DNA of 64,000 bases from Desulfobulbaceae bacterium (GCA_015489765.1 WFZC01000037.1:3400-67399), one strand, 5' to 3'. Shown: positions 33,277 to 43,198, numbered from the stretch's first letter. The notes: generated from the sequence alone by a model not told the origin. Program-made: numbers and translations.

Positions 33277-34884
33277 ATGGCTGATCAAAGCACAGCTCCA
33301 TCCGAAACGGAAGGCCCTAAAAACGGATTTCAGGTTCTCTTCACCCGGATACAGGAATGGCCCATGCCGCGCAAGCTCGCCCTGCTGGCCGTCACCCTGA
33401 TCTCTGTGGGCCTGTTTGCCTTTATCATCATCCAGGCCAGGACAGCGGATTACCAGCTTCTGTATGCCAATCTCGATGAAGGAGACGCGGCATCCATCGT
33501 CGAGTGGCTCAAGGGGAACAACACACCCTACAAGTTGACCAATAACGGTAAAAACATCAGGGTGCCCGCGGACGCCGTCCATGAGGTGCGGTTGCAGCTC
33601 GCCTCGGCCGGGCTCCCCCGGGGTGGCGGCATCGGTTTTGAAATTTTTGACAAACAGTCATTTGCCCTGACCGACTTTGTGCAAAAGGTCAACTTCACCC
33701 GCGCATTACAGGGGGAACTCGGTCGTACCATTGCCTCGCTCAACCCTGTTCAGTCGGCTCGTGTCCATCTGGCTCTGCCGGAAAAAAGACTCTTCAAGAA
33801 CCAGCAGAAACCGGCCACAGCCTCGGTAATCGTCAACCTGAGACCTGGCCTGCGTTTAAGTGAATCCCAAATCCAGGGCATCGTCTACCTAGTGTCCGGC
33901 TCGGTGGAAGGGCTTGACCCGGAACACGTCACCATTATCGATCAAAACGGCAACGTGTTGACCAAAACAGGTGACCAGGGCATCCTGGGCTCCATGACCC
34001 CTGATATGCTCGAATATCAGGTCCAGGTTGAAAAAACCATGGAAGAACGAGCCCAGTCCCTCCTTGACACCGCCCTTGGCCCGAAAAATGCCATGGTTCG
34101 GGTAACGGCAAACCTTGATTTCGCCCGTTTTGAGAAGACGGAAGAGACCTTTGATCCGGAAGAGCCGGTCATTCGCAGCGAACAGATCAGTGAAGAGAAA
34201 TCAGGCTCGCAAATCGTGGGCGGCGTACCCGGAGTCCAATCAAACCTGCAGGGCCCGACCAGTACCACGGCTGGAGCGACACCTCCTTCAAGCAGCCTGC
34301 AGAAGACGACCAATTATGAAATCAGCAAGGTGGTCTCCAAGACTGTTAATCCGGTGGGGACAGTGAAAAATATATCCGTGTCCGTCCTGGTTGCCGACAA
34401 AATTATTCCGGCGACCAAAAAAGAACCGGAGAAAACCGTGCCCCGATCAAAGGAGGAACTGGAATCCCTGAAAAAAATGATCGCCTCGGCGCTCGGTCTG
34501 AATCCAGCGCGCGGAGACAAGATCGAAATCACCTCCATGCCCTTTACCGAACCGGTAGTTAATGGCGAGGGGGAAGCGGTGAGTGAAAACATCCTGTATC
34601 AGTACATGCCGATCATTCGTTACGCTGTGATTTTTATTGGCGGCCTGCTGGTGTACTTTCTCATGATCAGGCCCATCATCAAGACCCTGCGTGAAGATGT
34701 CACCCAGCACTACAAAACCGTGCAGCAACTTGAGGAAGAGCAGAAAGAAGCCGAACAGGAAGAGGAGAAGAAAGAACTCGAGGCCATGATGCGGGATCCG
34801 CTCATGCGGGTGCGCGACGCCATCCAGACCAACCCGGTTTTTGCCGCCCATATCCTCAAAAACTGGATCCACGACAAAGGGTGA
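33277..34884 (+). CDS. fliF: Flagellar M-ring protein FliF
   Basis: 535 aa. An N-terminal TM segment, the YscJ/FliF periplasmic domain (LYANLDEGDAASIVEWLKGNNTPYKL), a second TM segment and an acidic C-terminus are present. Confidence 0.9.
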   Translation: MADQSTAPSETEGPKNGFQVLFTRIQEWPMPRKLALLAVTLISVGLFAFIIIQARTADYQLLYANLDEGDAASIVEWLKGNNTPYKLTNNGKNIRVPADAVHEVRLQLASAGLPRGGGIGFEIFDKQSFALTDFVQKVNFTRALQGELGRTIASLNPVQSARVHLALPEKRLFKNQQKPATASVIVNLRPGLRLSESQIQGIVYLVSGSVEGLDPEHVTIIDQNGNVLTKTGDQGILGSMTPDMLEYQVQVEKTMEERAQSLLDTALGPKNAMVRVTANLDFARFEKTEETFDPEEPVIRSEQISEEKSGSQIVGGVPGVQSNLQGPTSTTAGATPPSSSLQKTTNYEISKVVSKTVNPVGTVKNISVSVLVADKIIPATKKEPEKTVPRSKEELESLKKMIASALGLNPARGDKIEITSMPFTEPVVNGEGEAVSENILYQYMPIIRYAVIFIGGLLVYFLMIRPIIKTLREDVTQHYKTVQQLEEEQKEAEQEEEKKELEAMMRDPLMRVRDAIQTNPVFAAHILKNWIHDKG

Positions 34885-34893
34885 TATCGTCCA

Positions 34894-35907
34894 ATGGCAC
34901 CACAAAAAGACAAACTTGACGGTATCAGGCGGGCAGCCATTCTCCTGATGTGCCTTGGCGAGGAAACCGCGGCCAGGGTCATGCGGGAGATGACCGATGA
35001 GGAAATCTTCCGCATAACCAGGGCCATGGCTGAAATCGACCATATCCCCGAAGACGTGAAACTTGCCGTCCTTTCCGAGTTTGAGCTGTCCGCCGAGGCC
35101 CAGGCCGGCCTGGTCATCAAAGGCCAGGAATTTGCCAAGAAGACCATTGCCGGCACCGGTGACGAGGAACGGGTCAAAAGCCTGATGAAACAGTTTATCA
35201 CCGGCACGGAAACCCGTCCCCTGGAAACCATCGCCAAGATGCAGCCGGGCATGGTGGCCGGCCTGCTGGAACGGGAACATCCGCAGACCGTGGCCCTGGT
35301 CCTGTCTACCCAGACCCCGGATCATTCCAGCGCCATTATCAGTCACCTGCCCGAAGAGATGCAGGCCGATGTCATCTACCGAATCGCCACCATCGACAGC
35401 GTTTCCCCCGGTGTTATCGACCGTATCGAAGACGCCCTGCACCGGGAAATCGGTGTCGTGGTCGGGTCCCAGGACCAGCGGCAGATCGGCGGTATTCCCA
35501 AGGTTGTTGAAATCCTTGATAACATGGAAAACAACCTGGATGCCGACATCCTCGACAACCTGGAAGAGGTTGATCCGGACATGGTGGAAGAAATCCGCAA
35601 ACAGATGTTTACCTTTGATGATCTTGCCGCCGTGGATGGCCGGTCTCTGCAGATGATCCTGCGCGAGGTCAACAACGATTCCCTGACCCTGGCCCTGAAA
35701 ACGGCATCCGATGAACTCAAGGAGAAGATCTTTGCCAACATGTCGGCCAGGGCCGCTGATATGATCCGTGATGACCTCGAGGCCCTGGGCCCGGTCCGTC
35801 TCTCCGAGGTCGAGGCCATGCAGCAGACCATCGTCAAAATCGCCATGAAGCTCGAGGAAGAGGGCAAGCTGGTCCTTGGCAAGGGAGGCGGCGATGAGCT
35901 CGTCTAA
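34894..35907 (+). CDS. fliG: Flagellar motor switch protein FliG
   Basis: AAILLMCLGEETAARVMREM, EHPQTVALVLS and MFTFDDL are FliG motifs. 337 aa. Confidence 0.92.
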   Translation: MAPQKDKLDGIRRAAILLMCLGEETAARVMREMTDEEIFRITRAMAEIDHIPEDVKLAVLSEFELSAEAQAGLVIKGQEFAKKTIAGTGDEERVKSLMKQFITGTETRPLETIAKMQPGMVAGLLEREHPQTVALVLSTQTPDHSSAIISHLPEEMQADVIYRIATIDSVSPGVIDRIEDALHREIGVVVGSQDQRQIGGIPKVVEILDNMENNLDADILDNLEEVDPDMVEEIRKQMFTFDDLAAVDGRSLQMILREVNNDSLTLALKTASDELKEKIFANMSARAADMIRDDLEALGPVRLSEVEAMQQTIVKIAMKLEEEGKLVLGKGGGDELV

Positions 35908-36676
35908 GGTCTTCAGGGAGGACCCGGCATTTACTCCTGTTTCCTTGGTCAGGGCAAAAATCCAGCCCAATGCAGCCGAAAGCGACAGGGAGCCGGCGAG
36001 TCCGGCATCTGCCGAACAGCCGCAGACCGCGGAAGCGGATCGGCAAGCCCCGACAGAAACAACACCTCCGCCATCGCAACCGCCCCTTCCCGATATTGAT
36101 GCCATCAGGGCCGAGGCCTACGAAAAGGGAAGACAGGATGCCCTGCGGACGGAAAAGGAAGAAAATAAACAAAACGAGCAGGCACAACAGTCCGAACTGC
36201 GGCAGGCAATCGAGGCGTTTTCCCGCGCCTGCGCCGAGGTGGACACCCTGCACGAAGAGATCCTTGAACAGAGCCACGGCAACATGATCAACCTGGTCAT
36301 TGCCCTCGCCAGGAAAATCATCGGCCGCGAAATAACAACCGGCAGGGATATAATCGCAGGCACTCTCAGAAATGCCATTGAACTGGCCATGAAAAACGAT
36401 GCCTATGATATCTGGCTGCATCCCGATGATCTGACTGTTGTTGAAAAGATGGTCCCCGATCTTATCGCCTCGGTACAGCAGCTTAACCATATTACATTAA
36501 AAACTGACCAGGAGATCATGCGCGGCGGCTGCAGGCTCGATTCCGATATCTGCACCGTTGATGCCACCATCGAGGCGCAACTGGAAACCGCCCGGGAATT
36601 TCTTGCAGAACAAATCACCAATAACAACAACGCTCCTGGAGCTGCCGAAAATTCCGGACCGGCAGAGGAACCATGA
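35894..36676 (+). CDS. fliH: Flagellar assembly protein FliH
   Basis: It lies between fliG and fliI. A Glu/Gln-rich coiled region is followed by a FliH C-terminal domain (GGCRLDSDICTVDATIEAQL). ATG at 35894 follows GGGAGG. Confidence 0.8.
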   Translation: MSSSKVFREDPAFTPVSLVRAKIQPNAAESDREPASPASAEQPQTAEADRQAPTETTPPPSQPPLPDIDAIRAEAYEKGRQDALRTEKEENKQNEQAQQSELRQAIEAFSRACAEVDTLHEEILEQSHGNMINLVIALARKIIGREITTGRDIIAGTLRNAIELAMKNDAYDIWLHPDDLTVVEKMVPDLIASVQQLNHITLKTDQEIMRGGCRLDSDICTVDATIEAQLETAREFLAEQITNNNNAPGAAENSGPAEEP

Positions 36677-38058
36677 ATATCAGTCCGGACGCCATTGACC
36701 GCCTGGTCATGCCCAGGGTCTACGGCAAGGTCCGCCGTATCGTCGGCCTGGTGGTCGAGGGAAATTGTCCGCATTCCTCGGTGGGATCGCTCTGTGAAAT
36801 CAGCCCCCTTGAACCTGGGCCTCCGATTCCCGCTGAAATTGTTGGTTACAATAATGACCAGGCCCTGCTAATGCCCCTTGGCGAATTGCGGGGATTGGGT
36901 CCGGGCAGCCTCATCCGCGTTATCAGGGAAAGCGCCTCCATCCGGGTCGGCGAGGCTCTGCTTGGCCGGGTCATCGACGGCATGGAACAGGTCCTGGATG
37001 AGGGCCCGCCCCTGCACCTGGAAGCGTCAACCCCTCTCTACAGCCTGCCGCCAAGCCCGATGCAGCGTCAGAAGATTGAAAAACCTCTTGATCTCGGCAT
37101 TCGGGCCATCAATGCCCTGCTCACCTGCGGTATCGGCCAGAGAATTGGCATCATGGCCGGATCAGGGGTCGGGAAAAGTGTTCTTCTCGGCATGATGGCC
37201 AAATATGCCAAGGCGGACATCAACGTCATTGCCCTGATCGGCGAGCGTGGCCGCGAGGTCCGGGAATTTATTGAGCGTGATCTTGGTGAAGAGGGGCTTA
37301 AACGCTCCATTATCGTGGTCGTTACCTCGGACCAGTCTCCTCTGCTGCGCATGCGCGGGGCCTTTGTCGCCACTGCCATAGCGGAATATTTCTGTAACCA
37401 GGGAAAAAATGTTCTTCTGATGATGGATTCGGTGACCCGCTTTGCCATGGCCATGCGAGAGATAGGGCTGGCCGTGGGAGAACCGCCAACCACCAAGGGA
37501 TACACACCATCGGTTTTCGCCACCCTGCCCAAGCTCCTTGAACGGGCGGGTAACTTCGAGGGCAAGGGGTCCATTACCGGCCTGTATACCGTCCTGGTCG
37601 ACGGCGACGACCTCACGGAACCGGTTGCCGATTCCGTCCGTTCAATCCTTGATGGTCATATTGTGCTTTCCCGTGATATTGCCGCAAAAAACCACTACCC
37701 GGCCATTGACGTCATGATGTCAACCAGCCGGGTCATGCGGGATATTGTCAGTGAGCGCCACATGCAGCTGGCCGGCAAGGCGAGAAGTGTCATGGCCGTG
37801 TACCGTGAATCGGAAGACCTGATCAATATCGGGGCCTACGCCGCAGGCTCCAATAAAAAAATCGATTATGCCATTTCCAAAATCGATGCCATCAACAAAT
37901 TTCTCTGCCAGGGCTTTAACGAATCGGCCTCTCTTGAAGAGACTATCCGCGATCTTGGCATTCTGGTCAGCGACCGCAAGGGTGGTGACCGCAGGCGGCC
38001 GGGGCGGCGGAATGTGGACCGGAGAAAAAATCCGCAACCCGATGAGGCCGAGGCATGA
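36673..38058 (+). CDS. fliI: Flagellum-specific ATP synthase FliI
   Basis: Walker A GSGVGKS and Walker B VLLMMDSVTRFA are present. 461 aa. ATGA overlap with fliH. Confidence 0.95.
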   Translation: MNISPDAIDRLVMPRVYGKVRRIVGLVVEGNCPHSSVGSLCEISPLEPGPPIPAEIVGYNNDQALLMPLGELRGLGPGSLIRVIRESASIRVGEALLGRVIDGMEQVLDEGPPLHLEASTPLYSLPPSPMQRQKIEKPLDLGIRAINALLTCGIGQRIGIMAGSGVGKSVLLGMMAKYAKADINVIALIGERGREVREFIERDLGEEGLKRSIIVVVTSDQSPLLRMRGAFVATAIAEYFCNQGKNVLLMMDSVTRFAMAMREIGLAVGEPPTTKGYTPSVFATLPKLLERAGNFEGKGSITGLYTVLVDGDDLTEPVADSVRSILDGHIVLSRDIAAKNHYPAIDVMMSTSRVMRDIVSERHMQLAGKARSVMAVYRESEDLINIGAYAAGSNKKIDYAISKIDAINKFLCQGFNESASLEETIRDLGILVSDRKGGDRRRPGRRNVDRRKNPQPDEAEA

Positions 38059-38486
38059 AACCGTTTACCATGGAACCGGTCCTGCGCTACCGCAAACAGC
38101 TCGAGGATGAGGCCAGACAAAAGCTGTTTATCAGCCAAAAAAAAGAGACGGAAATACGCGGCCAGCTGGAAGCGGCAAAACAGGTCATGGCAACTTTATA
38201 CGCTGATCTGGAACGGGAAAAAACAGAAGGCACCACCAGCGACCGATTGCTGCTTTATGAAAACAGGATTCACCTTGAGCAGAAAAAAGTGGTGGAACTG
38301 CAGGAAAAACTCTCCCGACAGCAGGAGAAGGTCGCACGCAGACGCAGGCGGCTGCTCCATGCCAGTCAGGAAAAAAAAGGACTGGAAAAACTCAAGCAAA
38401 GGCAAAATATGGCCTATAAAAAATTTATAGAACATCAGGAGGCCGCCATGCTTGATGAAATTGCCGTCTTACGACATGATCGTTGA
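38055..38486 (+). CDS. fliJ: Flagellar export chaperone FliJ
   Basis: It is a 143-aa coiled-coil protein. LEPVLRYRKQLEDEA is the N-terminal motif. The start overlaps the fliI stop. Confidence 0.75.
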   Translation: MKPFTMEPVLRYRKQLEDEARQKLFISQKKETEIRGQLEAAKQVMATLYADLEREKTEGTTSDRLLLYENRIHLEQKKVVELQEKLSRQQEKVARRRRRLLHASQEKKGLEKLKQRQNMAYKKFIEHQEAAMLDEIAVLRHDR

Positions 38487-38513
38487 AAATATGATTAAAT
38501 ATTATGATTACCC

Positions 38514-38560
38514 GGCCTGGACCATATTATACCGTCCTGGCCACAACAAACAGCATCATA
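38514..38560 (+). repeat. Family-1 repeat, partial copy F (hairpin-1 segment only)
   Basis: GGCCTGGACCATATTATACCGTCCTGGCCACAACAAACAGCATCAT aligns with GGCTGGACCATA..TACCGT.CCAGCCACAAC.AATGATG of the full copies. It lies about 28 nt upstream of the next start codon. Confidence 0.6.
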
Positions 38561-38588
38561 AACAAAATATAAAAAAAATCAGCTCCCC

Positions 38589-39137
38589 ATGAAACGCCTT
38601 ATTTCCGCCCTGGTTCTCCTGTTGTTCTGTTTGCCGCCCCTGGTCCATGGCGCAGACAACAAGACGGACCCGGAGAAACCCCATGCTGCCGGGCCGGCGA
38701 CAAACACACCTGATGCGCCGGTATTCTCTTCGGTTGAGCAGCGCAGGGTCCTGCAGGCCTTGCAGGACGAACGCAGGAATATCCAAAAAGAGCGTAAGGA
38801 GTTGGCAAATCGGAAAAAGGAACTAAAGAGATTGGAGGCCGAGGTCGATAAGAAACTTGCCCAGCTTGAAACAATCAGACAGGAAATCAAGAAACTCCTG
38901 GCCCAAAAAGATGCCCGCGAACAAAAAAGAATACGTGACCTCAGTAAAATGTACGCAAAAATGTCCCCGGACAAGGCAGCCGGCATCATCAGCACCCTTG
39001 ATCAGAATCTGGCCGTCAGTCTTCTTGCGGACATGAAAACCAAGGCAGCGGCAAAGATACTCAACAATATGGACAGGGACAAGGCAGCTCAGCTTACCAC
39101 CGCCTTTTCCTCGCTTAAGAGTGCCTTGAAAAATTAG
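38589..39137 (+). CDS. MotE/FlbB-like flagellar protein (MgtE_N-like domain)
   Basis: A signal peptide, a coiled coil and then MSPDKAAGIISTLDQNLAVSLLADMKTKAAAKILNNMDRDKAAQL are present. It sits between fliJ and fliK, as in other clusters. The last five codons are supplied by the family-2 repeat. Confidence 0.6.
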   Translation: MKRLISALVLLLFCLPPLVHGADNKTDPEKPHAAGPATNTPDAPVFSSVEQRRVLQALQDERRNIQKERKELANRKKELKRLEAEVDKKLAQLETIRQEIKKLLAQKDAREQKRIRDLSKMYAKMSPDKAAGIISTLDQNLAVSLLADMKTKAAAKILNNMDRDKAAQLTTAFSSLKSALKN

Positions 39138-39248
39138 AATTTTCGTTCGAGGCCAAGAAACAGAAAAATTAAAAAGCCCAGCATATCAGATAGATGCGAG
39201 CATTTTTTCTGTGAAGCAGAGATCAGGCGGCAATTTTTCAAGGTGGCC
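39121..39248. repeat. Family-2 palindromic (MITE-like) element, copy 2
   Basis: It has the same terminal inverted repeats (CCTTGAAAAATT ... AATTTTTCAAGG) and the same internal sequence as 28977-29113. Confidence 0.8.
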
Positions 39249-39334
39249 TTAAGTGAAGGTGGCGCTTTGCTCCACAAAGGTTCAAGACTTGAAGTAACGT
39301 TTTTTTACAAAGGTTTTTTACAAAGGATTTATCA

Positions 39335-40837
39335 ATGCAAGCAATGCAAGCCATACCGGTTGCCCCTCAGCCGGCAGCTCCACCAGCCGCCCCTCCGGCA
39401 GCTCATCAAAGCGGCAGCGATCATTTCAGTCAACATCTCGATAAGGCACGCAAACGTGCCGACAAAGCCGGACACGAGGCAAAAGGGAAAGGGAACACCG
39501 ACAGCGATCATGATAAAAAAACCGGAACCACCCACCATGCCTCGGATGAAAACAGCGCCCATGCCCACAAGACAGAAAAAACTGAATCCGGCCAAACATC
39601 GCATACCGACCATTTGGAACATGGAAAAGGTGACAGTGAACAGGGCAACGGGAACAGCAATGACCTGCTACAACAGGTAGAACGTAATTCCCAGTCCGTT
39701 CCCCAGACAACAGCGGCAGATACTGAAATTCCGATCATCCTCAAGGTTGATAATTCCACTCCTATACAGGATACTGGTTTGTCCGCATCTGTCCGGGACA
39801 GAGAATCGATAGTTGCCGCAGTTCTGGGCAAGGTCACAGGTGAACAGGACAATGCATCCGCCGCCCAGACTAAGGAAACAGGCCCGCAGGAACAAACAGA
39901 CATAGGGCAGAAACCCTTTGTTGTTGAGCATTGGCAGGCCAGGTTCAACTACGCGACGGAAGCAGACCAGGGTAAAAACGGGAAATTTTCCCAGACACAA
40001 CAGGGAACACCCGGCATGACCCTGACGGCCCAGGCCGTGCAATCACAGGTATCTCCTGCCCATGATCAGAATATCGCCCAGGCCCATGGAACCCCTGGTA
40101 CAGGACTGGAAGCGCCGGCCATGCCCCAGGACGCCAACTCCAATTATATTCATTCTAATCTACCAGGAGCGACAACAATTCCCGATTCCGATGCAGCTGC
40201 CGGCAATAAACAGCAAACCGGACAAGGTGATCAGGGAGCAGCGAAAAATTCCATGCAGACCCCGGATCTACAAATGGTGACCAATCAGAATGGACAGGAT
40301 GTACCGCTGGTTTTCTCGCTTGACCAGACAAGCGCCCAGACCGGCCAGGTATCCGGCCAGGACAGCACAGGATCATTGTCCCTGCATCTCCCTTCCGGCA
40401 TCGAAATCCCGCACAGTCAGATTATCGATCAGGTTACGGGACATTTTGCCGTCAATCGCTCTCTGGAATCGGGAACAGTCACCATAAGACTACATCCGGC
40501 CGAACTGGGTGAACTGCGGATGGAAATCAAAGTGGAGCAGGACAATATCAAGGCCCACATAACCGCCCAGAACCCACAGGTCCAGGACATTCTTGACCGC
40601 AACCTGCCCCGGCTCAGGGAGGCCCTGCAGCAACAGGGAATGAATCTTGCGCACATGCAGGTCAGTGTTGCGACCGATGGCGGCAACAGTCAACTGTTCC
40701 AGGAACAGTTTACCAGGAGGCAATTCAAGAGCCCCGGTCAATCAAACAACGGACGAACGGGTTTTGCTCTCCCGGAGGAAGACCAGGAGATTCCCCTGTC
40801 TGTTGCTCCGGACCAAAACCTGAGCGTGCACATCTAA
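39335..40837 (+). CDS. fliK: Flagellar hook-length control protein FliK
   Basis: The N-terminal part is Pro/Gln/Thr-rich and disordered. The C-terminal Flg_hook domain is VTIRLHPAELGELRMEIKVEQDNIKAHITAQNPQVQDILDRNLPRLREALQQQG. Confidence 0.85.
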   Translation: MQAMQAIPVAPQPAAPPAAPPAAHQSGSDHFSQHLDKARKRADKAGHEAKGKGNTDSDHDKKTGTTHHASDENSAHAHKTEKTESGQTSHTDHLEHGKGDSEQGNGNSNDLLQQVERNSQSVPQTTAADTEIPIILKVDNSTPIQDTGLSASVRDRESIVAAVLGKVTGEQDNASAAQTKETGPQEQTDIGQKPFVVEHWQARFNYATEADQGKNGKFSQTQQGTPGMTLTAQAVQSQVSPAHDQNIAQAHGTPGTGLEAPAMPQDANSNYIHSNLPGATTIPDSDAAAGNKQQTGQGDQGAAKNSMQTPDLQMVTNQNGQDVPLVFSLDQTSAQTGQVSGQDSTGSLSLHLPSGIEIPHSQIIDQVTGHFAVNRSLESGTVTIRLHPAELGELRMEIKVEQDNIKAHITAQNPQVQDILDRNLPRLREALQQQGMNLAHMQVSVATDGGNSQLFQEQFTRRQFKSPGQSNNGRTGFALPEEDQEIPLSVAPDQNLSVHI

Positions 40838-40849
40838 AGGAATGCGACC

Positions 40850-41713
40850 ATGACATACGTACCAGGAATATCACAGGGATATACCGCTGCCGATCAAGCA
40901 GCCAAGGTAAAAACAGCAGCAGGAAAAAACGAGAAAGCAGACGGCAAAAAACAGACCCTGGGCCAGGATGACTTTCTCACCCTGCTGGTGGCGCAACTCC
41001 AGAACCAGGACCCGCTCAACCCGTCTGACCCGACCGAGTTCACCGCCCAACTGGCCAATTACAGTCAGCTGGAACAACTCTTTAATCTCAATGATTCCAT
41101 GGACAAACTGGCAGAGAGCCAGAACAACTCCGATCGGCTCTCCGCCCTTTCCATGATTGGCAAAGAGGTGCTGGTGGAGGGATCTTCCTTCCAGCTCGGA
41201 GAGGACACGGCCCAAATCGGCTACAAGGTAGACGGCACAGCATCCGAAATCCAGATTCACATCCAGGATGAAGCCGGTCAACGGGTAGCGACCCTGCATC
41301 CGACCGAACTCACCACCGGCAATCATTTTATTACCTGGCAGGGAGTGGATGAAAACGGGGAACACCTGCCTCCGGGCAAGTACTCCATTGTCATTGAGTC
41401 CAAAAGCAGCGCCGAAGGTGAAACCGTTGGCGTTTCGCCCCTGGTCAGGGCCGATGTGACCGGTGTCGACCTTGGTGATGGCAGCGCCGTCCTGATCACG
41501 GATGTGGGGGAATTCTCCATGGCTGATATCCAAGGAGTCTATGAAGCAAATTCTTCGGAAAGCGGCCTAAAGAATGACGACAATACAACCGATACGGAAA
41601 ACAGTGGGGAAAACGCCTCAACCAACTCAACGGATGGTGCGGAAATAGTTGGTGAGGCCGCCTCTGCCGTCCAGAGCGTGGAAAATGCGGCAGACACACT
41701 GAACAACGGATAA
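40850..41713 (+). CDS. flgD: Flagellar hook capping/assembly protein FlgD
   Basis: LGQDDFLTLLVAQLQNQDPLNPSDPTEFTAQLANYSQLEQL is the FlgD signature. Confidence 0.92.
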   Translation: MTYVPGISQGYTAADQAAKVKTAAGKNEKADGKKQTLGQDDFLTLLVAQLQNQDPLNPSDPTEFTAQLANYSQLEQLFNLNDSMDKLAESQNNSDRLSALSMIGKEVLVEGSSFQLGEDTAQIGYKVDGTASEIQIHIQDEAGQRVATLHPTELTTGNHFITWQGVDENGEHLPPGKYSIVIESKSSAEGETVGVSPLVRADVTGVDLGDGSAVLITDVGEFSMADIQGVYEANSSESGLKNDDNTTDTENSGENASTNSTDGAEIVGEAASAVQSVENAADTLNNG

Positions 41714-41770
41714 GCCGTTGCCGGTACATTGATGACAGGTAACGCTAAAAAGATGCGAAATTCTGTTTGC

Positions 41771-41870
41771 GAATAAACCAGCATGGCTGGACCATATTTT
41801 ACCGTTCCAGCCACAACGAATGATGAAAATAGTCCGAAAGGACACAGCTACGCGGGCTATTTTCGGGTAA
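41771..41870 (+). repeat. Family-1 structured intergenic repeat, copy B (sense, flgE 5' leader)
   Basis: It is a full-length copy ending 31 nt before the flgE ATG. It contains a GTCC-GAAA-GGAC tetraloop hairpin nested in an AAAATA/TATTTT stem. Confidence 0.85.
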
Positions 41871-41901
41871 AAAAATATAAGGAACCACCCAGGAGGTTGC
41901 C

Positions 41902-43173
41902 ATGGGCATCCAAAGTGCCATGTTTAGCGGAGTCAGTGGACTCAACACCAACTCCCAGGCCATGAGTGTTATAGGAAATAACCTGGCCAATACAAATACC
42001 GTCGGATTCAAAGGAGCTCGAACTGTTTTTTCCGACCTGCTCTCCAGCACGGTCTTCGGATCCGGTGGCATGTCGCAGGTTGGCCGTGGTGTCGGCCTGT
42101 CCACCATTGACAATGTCTTTTCCCAGGGGACCTTTGAAACCACGGCATCGGATACCGATGTCGCCATCGAGGGAGACGGTTTTTTTATCGTCAAGGAACC
42201 GGGCAATGATACCCCTCTCTACACCAGGGCCGGCGCCTTCAGGTTTAACGAGGACGGTTATCTTGTCAACCCCGAGGGGTTCCGGGTCCAGGGCAAGCTC
42301 TTTGACCCACTTTCCGGCGAGCTGGCGCCCGGAGATCCGACAGACATCCAGGTCAAGAACACCGGTCTGGTCGAGGCCAAGAAGACCTCTGAAATGACCT
42401 TTACTACCAACCTTGATGCCAGCTCCACCGAGCTTGGTGCCGGTGCCATCGACCCGGCGGACCGAACAACCTATAATCTGCAGGCCTCGTCTCAGGTCTT
42501 TGATTCCCTTGGCGATCCCCACCTGTTGTCTGTGTACTGGCGGCTCGAGGATGCGACAAACAATCAATGGGGCACCGGCTATACCATTGACGGCGATCCA
42601 GCCACTTACCAGGCCCTTGGTGGATTGACCTTTGATGCCGAAGGACATCTGCCCGACACCGATGGCGACGGTAAACCGGACCCGGTTATAGAAAATATCA
42701 CCATTGCCGACTGGGGTAACGGATCGGAAACAAACCAGGCCGTGGCACTAAAATTTGACTGCACCCAGTTTGACAGTGAATCCAAGGTGATCGGTCAGAA
42801 TCAGGACGGGTTCGGGGCTGGCAACCTGACCAATGTTGCCATCAACAGTGAAGGCACGGTCGTTGCCTCCTATTCAAATGGTACCCAGGTCAACATAGCC
42901 ACCCTGGTCCTGGGCAAGTTTAAAAATCCCAACGGACTGGACCTGGCAGGATCCAACCTGTACACGGCAACCACTGATTCAGGGACCGCCAGGGTCGGGC
43001 TGCCCGGACCGGAACTTGGGAAAATCTTCACCAACTCCCTGGAACAGTCCAACGTTGATATGGGTCAGGAATTTGTCAAAATGATCACTGCACAGCGCGG
43101 TTTTCAGGCCAACTCCAAGATAATTTCCACGGTCGATGAACTGTTGGGCGAGCTGATCAACCTGAAACGGTAA
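41902..43173 (+). CDS. flgE: Flagellar hook protein FlgE
   Basis: The N-terminus is MGIQSAMFSGVSGLNTNSQAMSVIGNNLANTNTVGFK and the C-terminus is ITAQRGFQANSKIISTVDELLGELINLKR. AGGAGG is the RBS. Confidence 0.95.
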   Translation: MGIQSAMFSGVSGLNTNSQAMSVIGNNLANTNTVGFKGARTVFSDLLSSTVFGSGGMSQVGRGVGLSTIDNVFSQGTFETTASDTDVAIEGDGFFIVKEPGNDTPLYTRAGAFRFNEDGYLVNPEGFRVQGKLFDPLSGELAPGDPTDIQVKNTGLVEAKKTSEMTFTTNLDASSTELGAGAIDPADRTTYNLQASSQVFDSLGDPHLLSVYWRLEDATNNQWGTGYTIDGDPATYQALGGLTFDAEGHLPDTDGDGKPDPVIENITIADWGNGSETNQAVALKFDCTQFDSESKVIGQNQDGFGAGNLTNVAINSEGTVVASYSNGTQVNIATLVLGKFKNPNGLDLAGSNLYTATTDSGTARVGLPGPELGKIFTNSLEQSNVDMGQEFVKMITAQRGFQANSKIISTVDELLGELINLKR

Positions 43174-43198
43174 AAAAAAGTCAAAATTTTGTCTCAAG

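Noticed and set aside
34447-36105. 552-aa ORF on the minus strand
   Set aside because: It lies entirely antisense to the well-supported fliF, fliG and fliH genes. The product is Gly/Asp/His/Leu-rich and low in complexity, and there is no RBS. This is a typical open antisense frame of moderately GC-rich coding DNA.
40871-42648. 220-aa and 263-aa minus-strand ORFs
   Set aside because: They are antisense to flgD and flgE.
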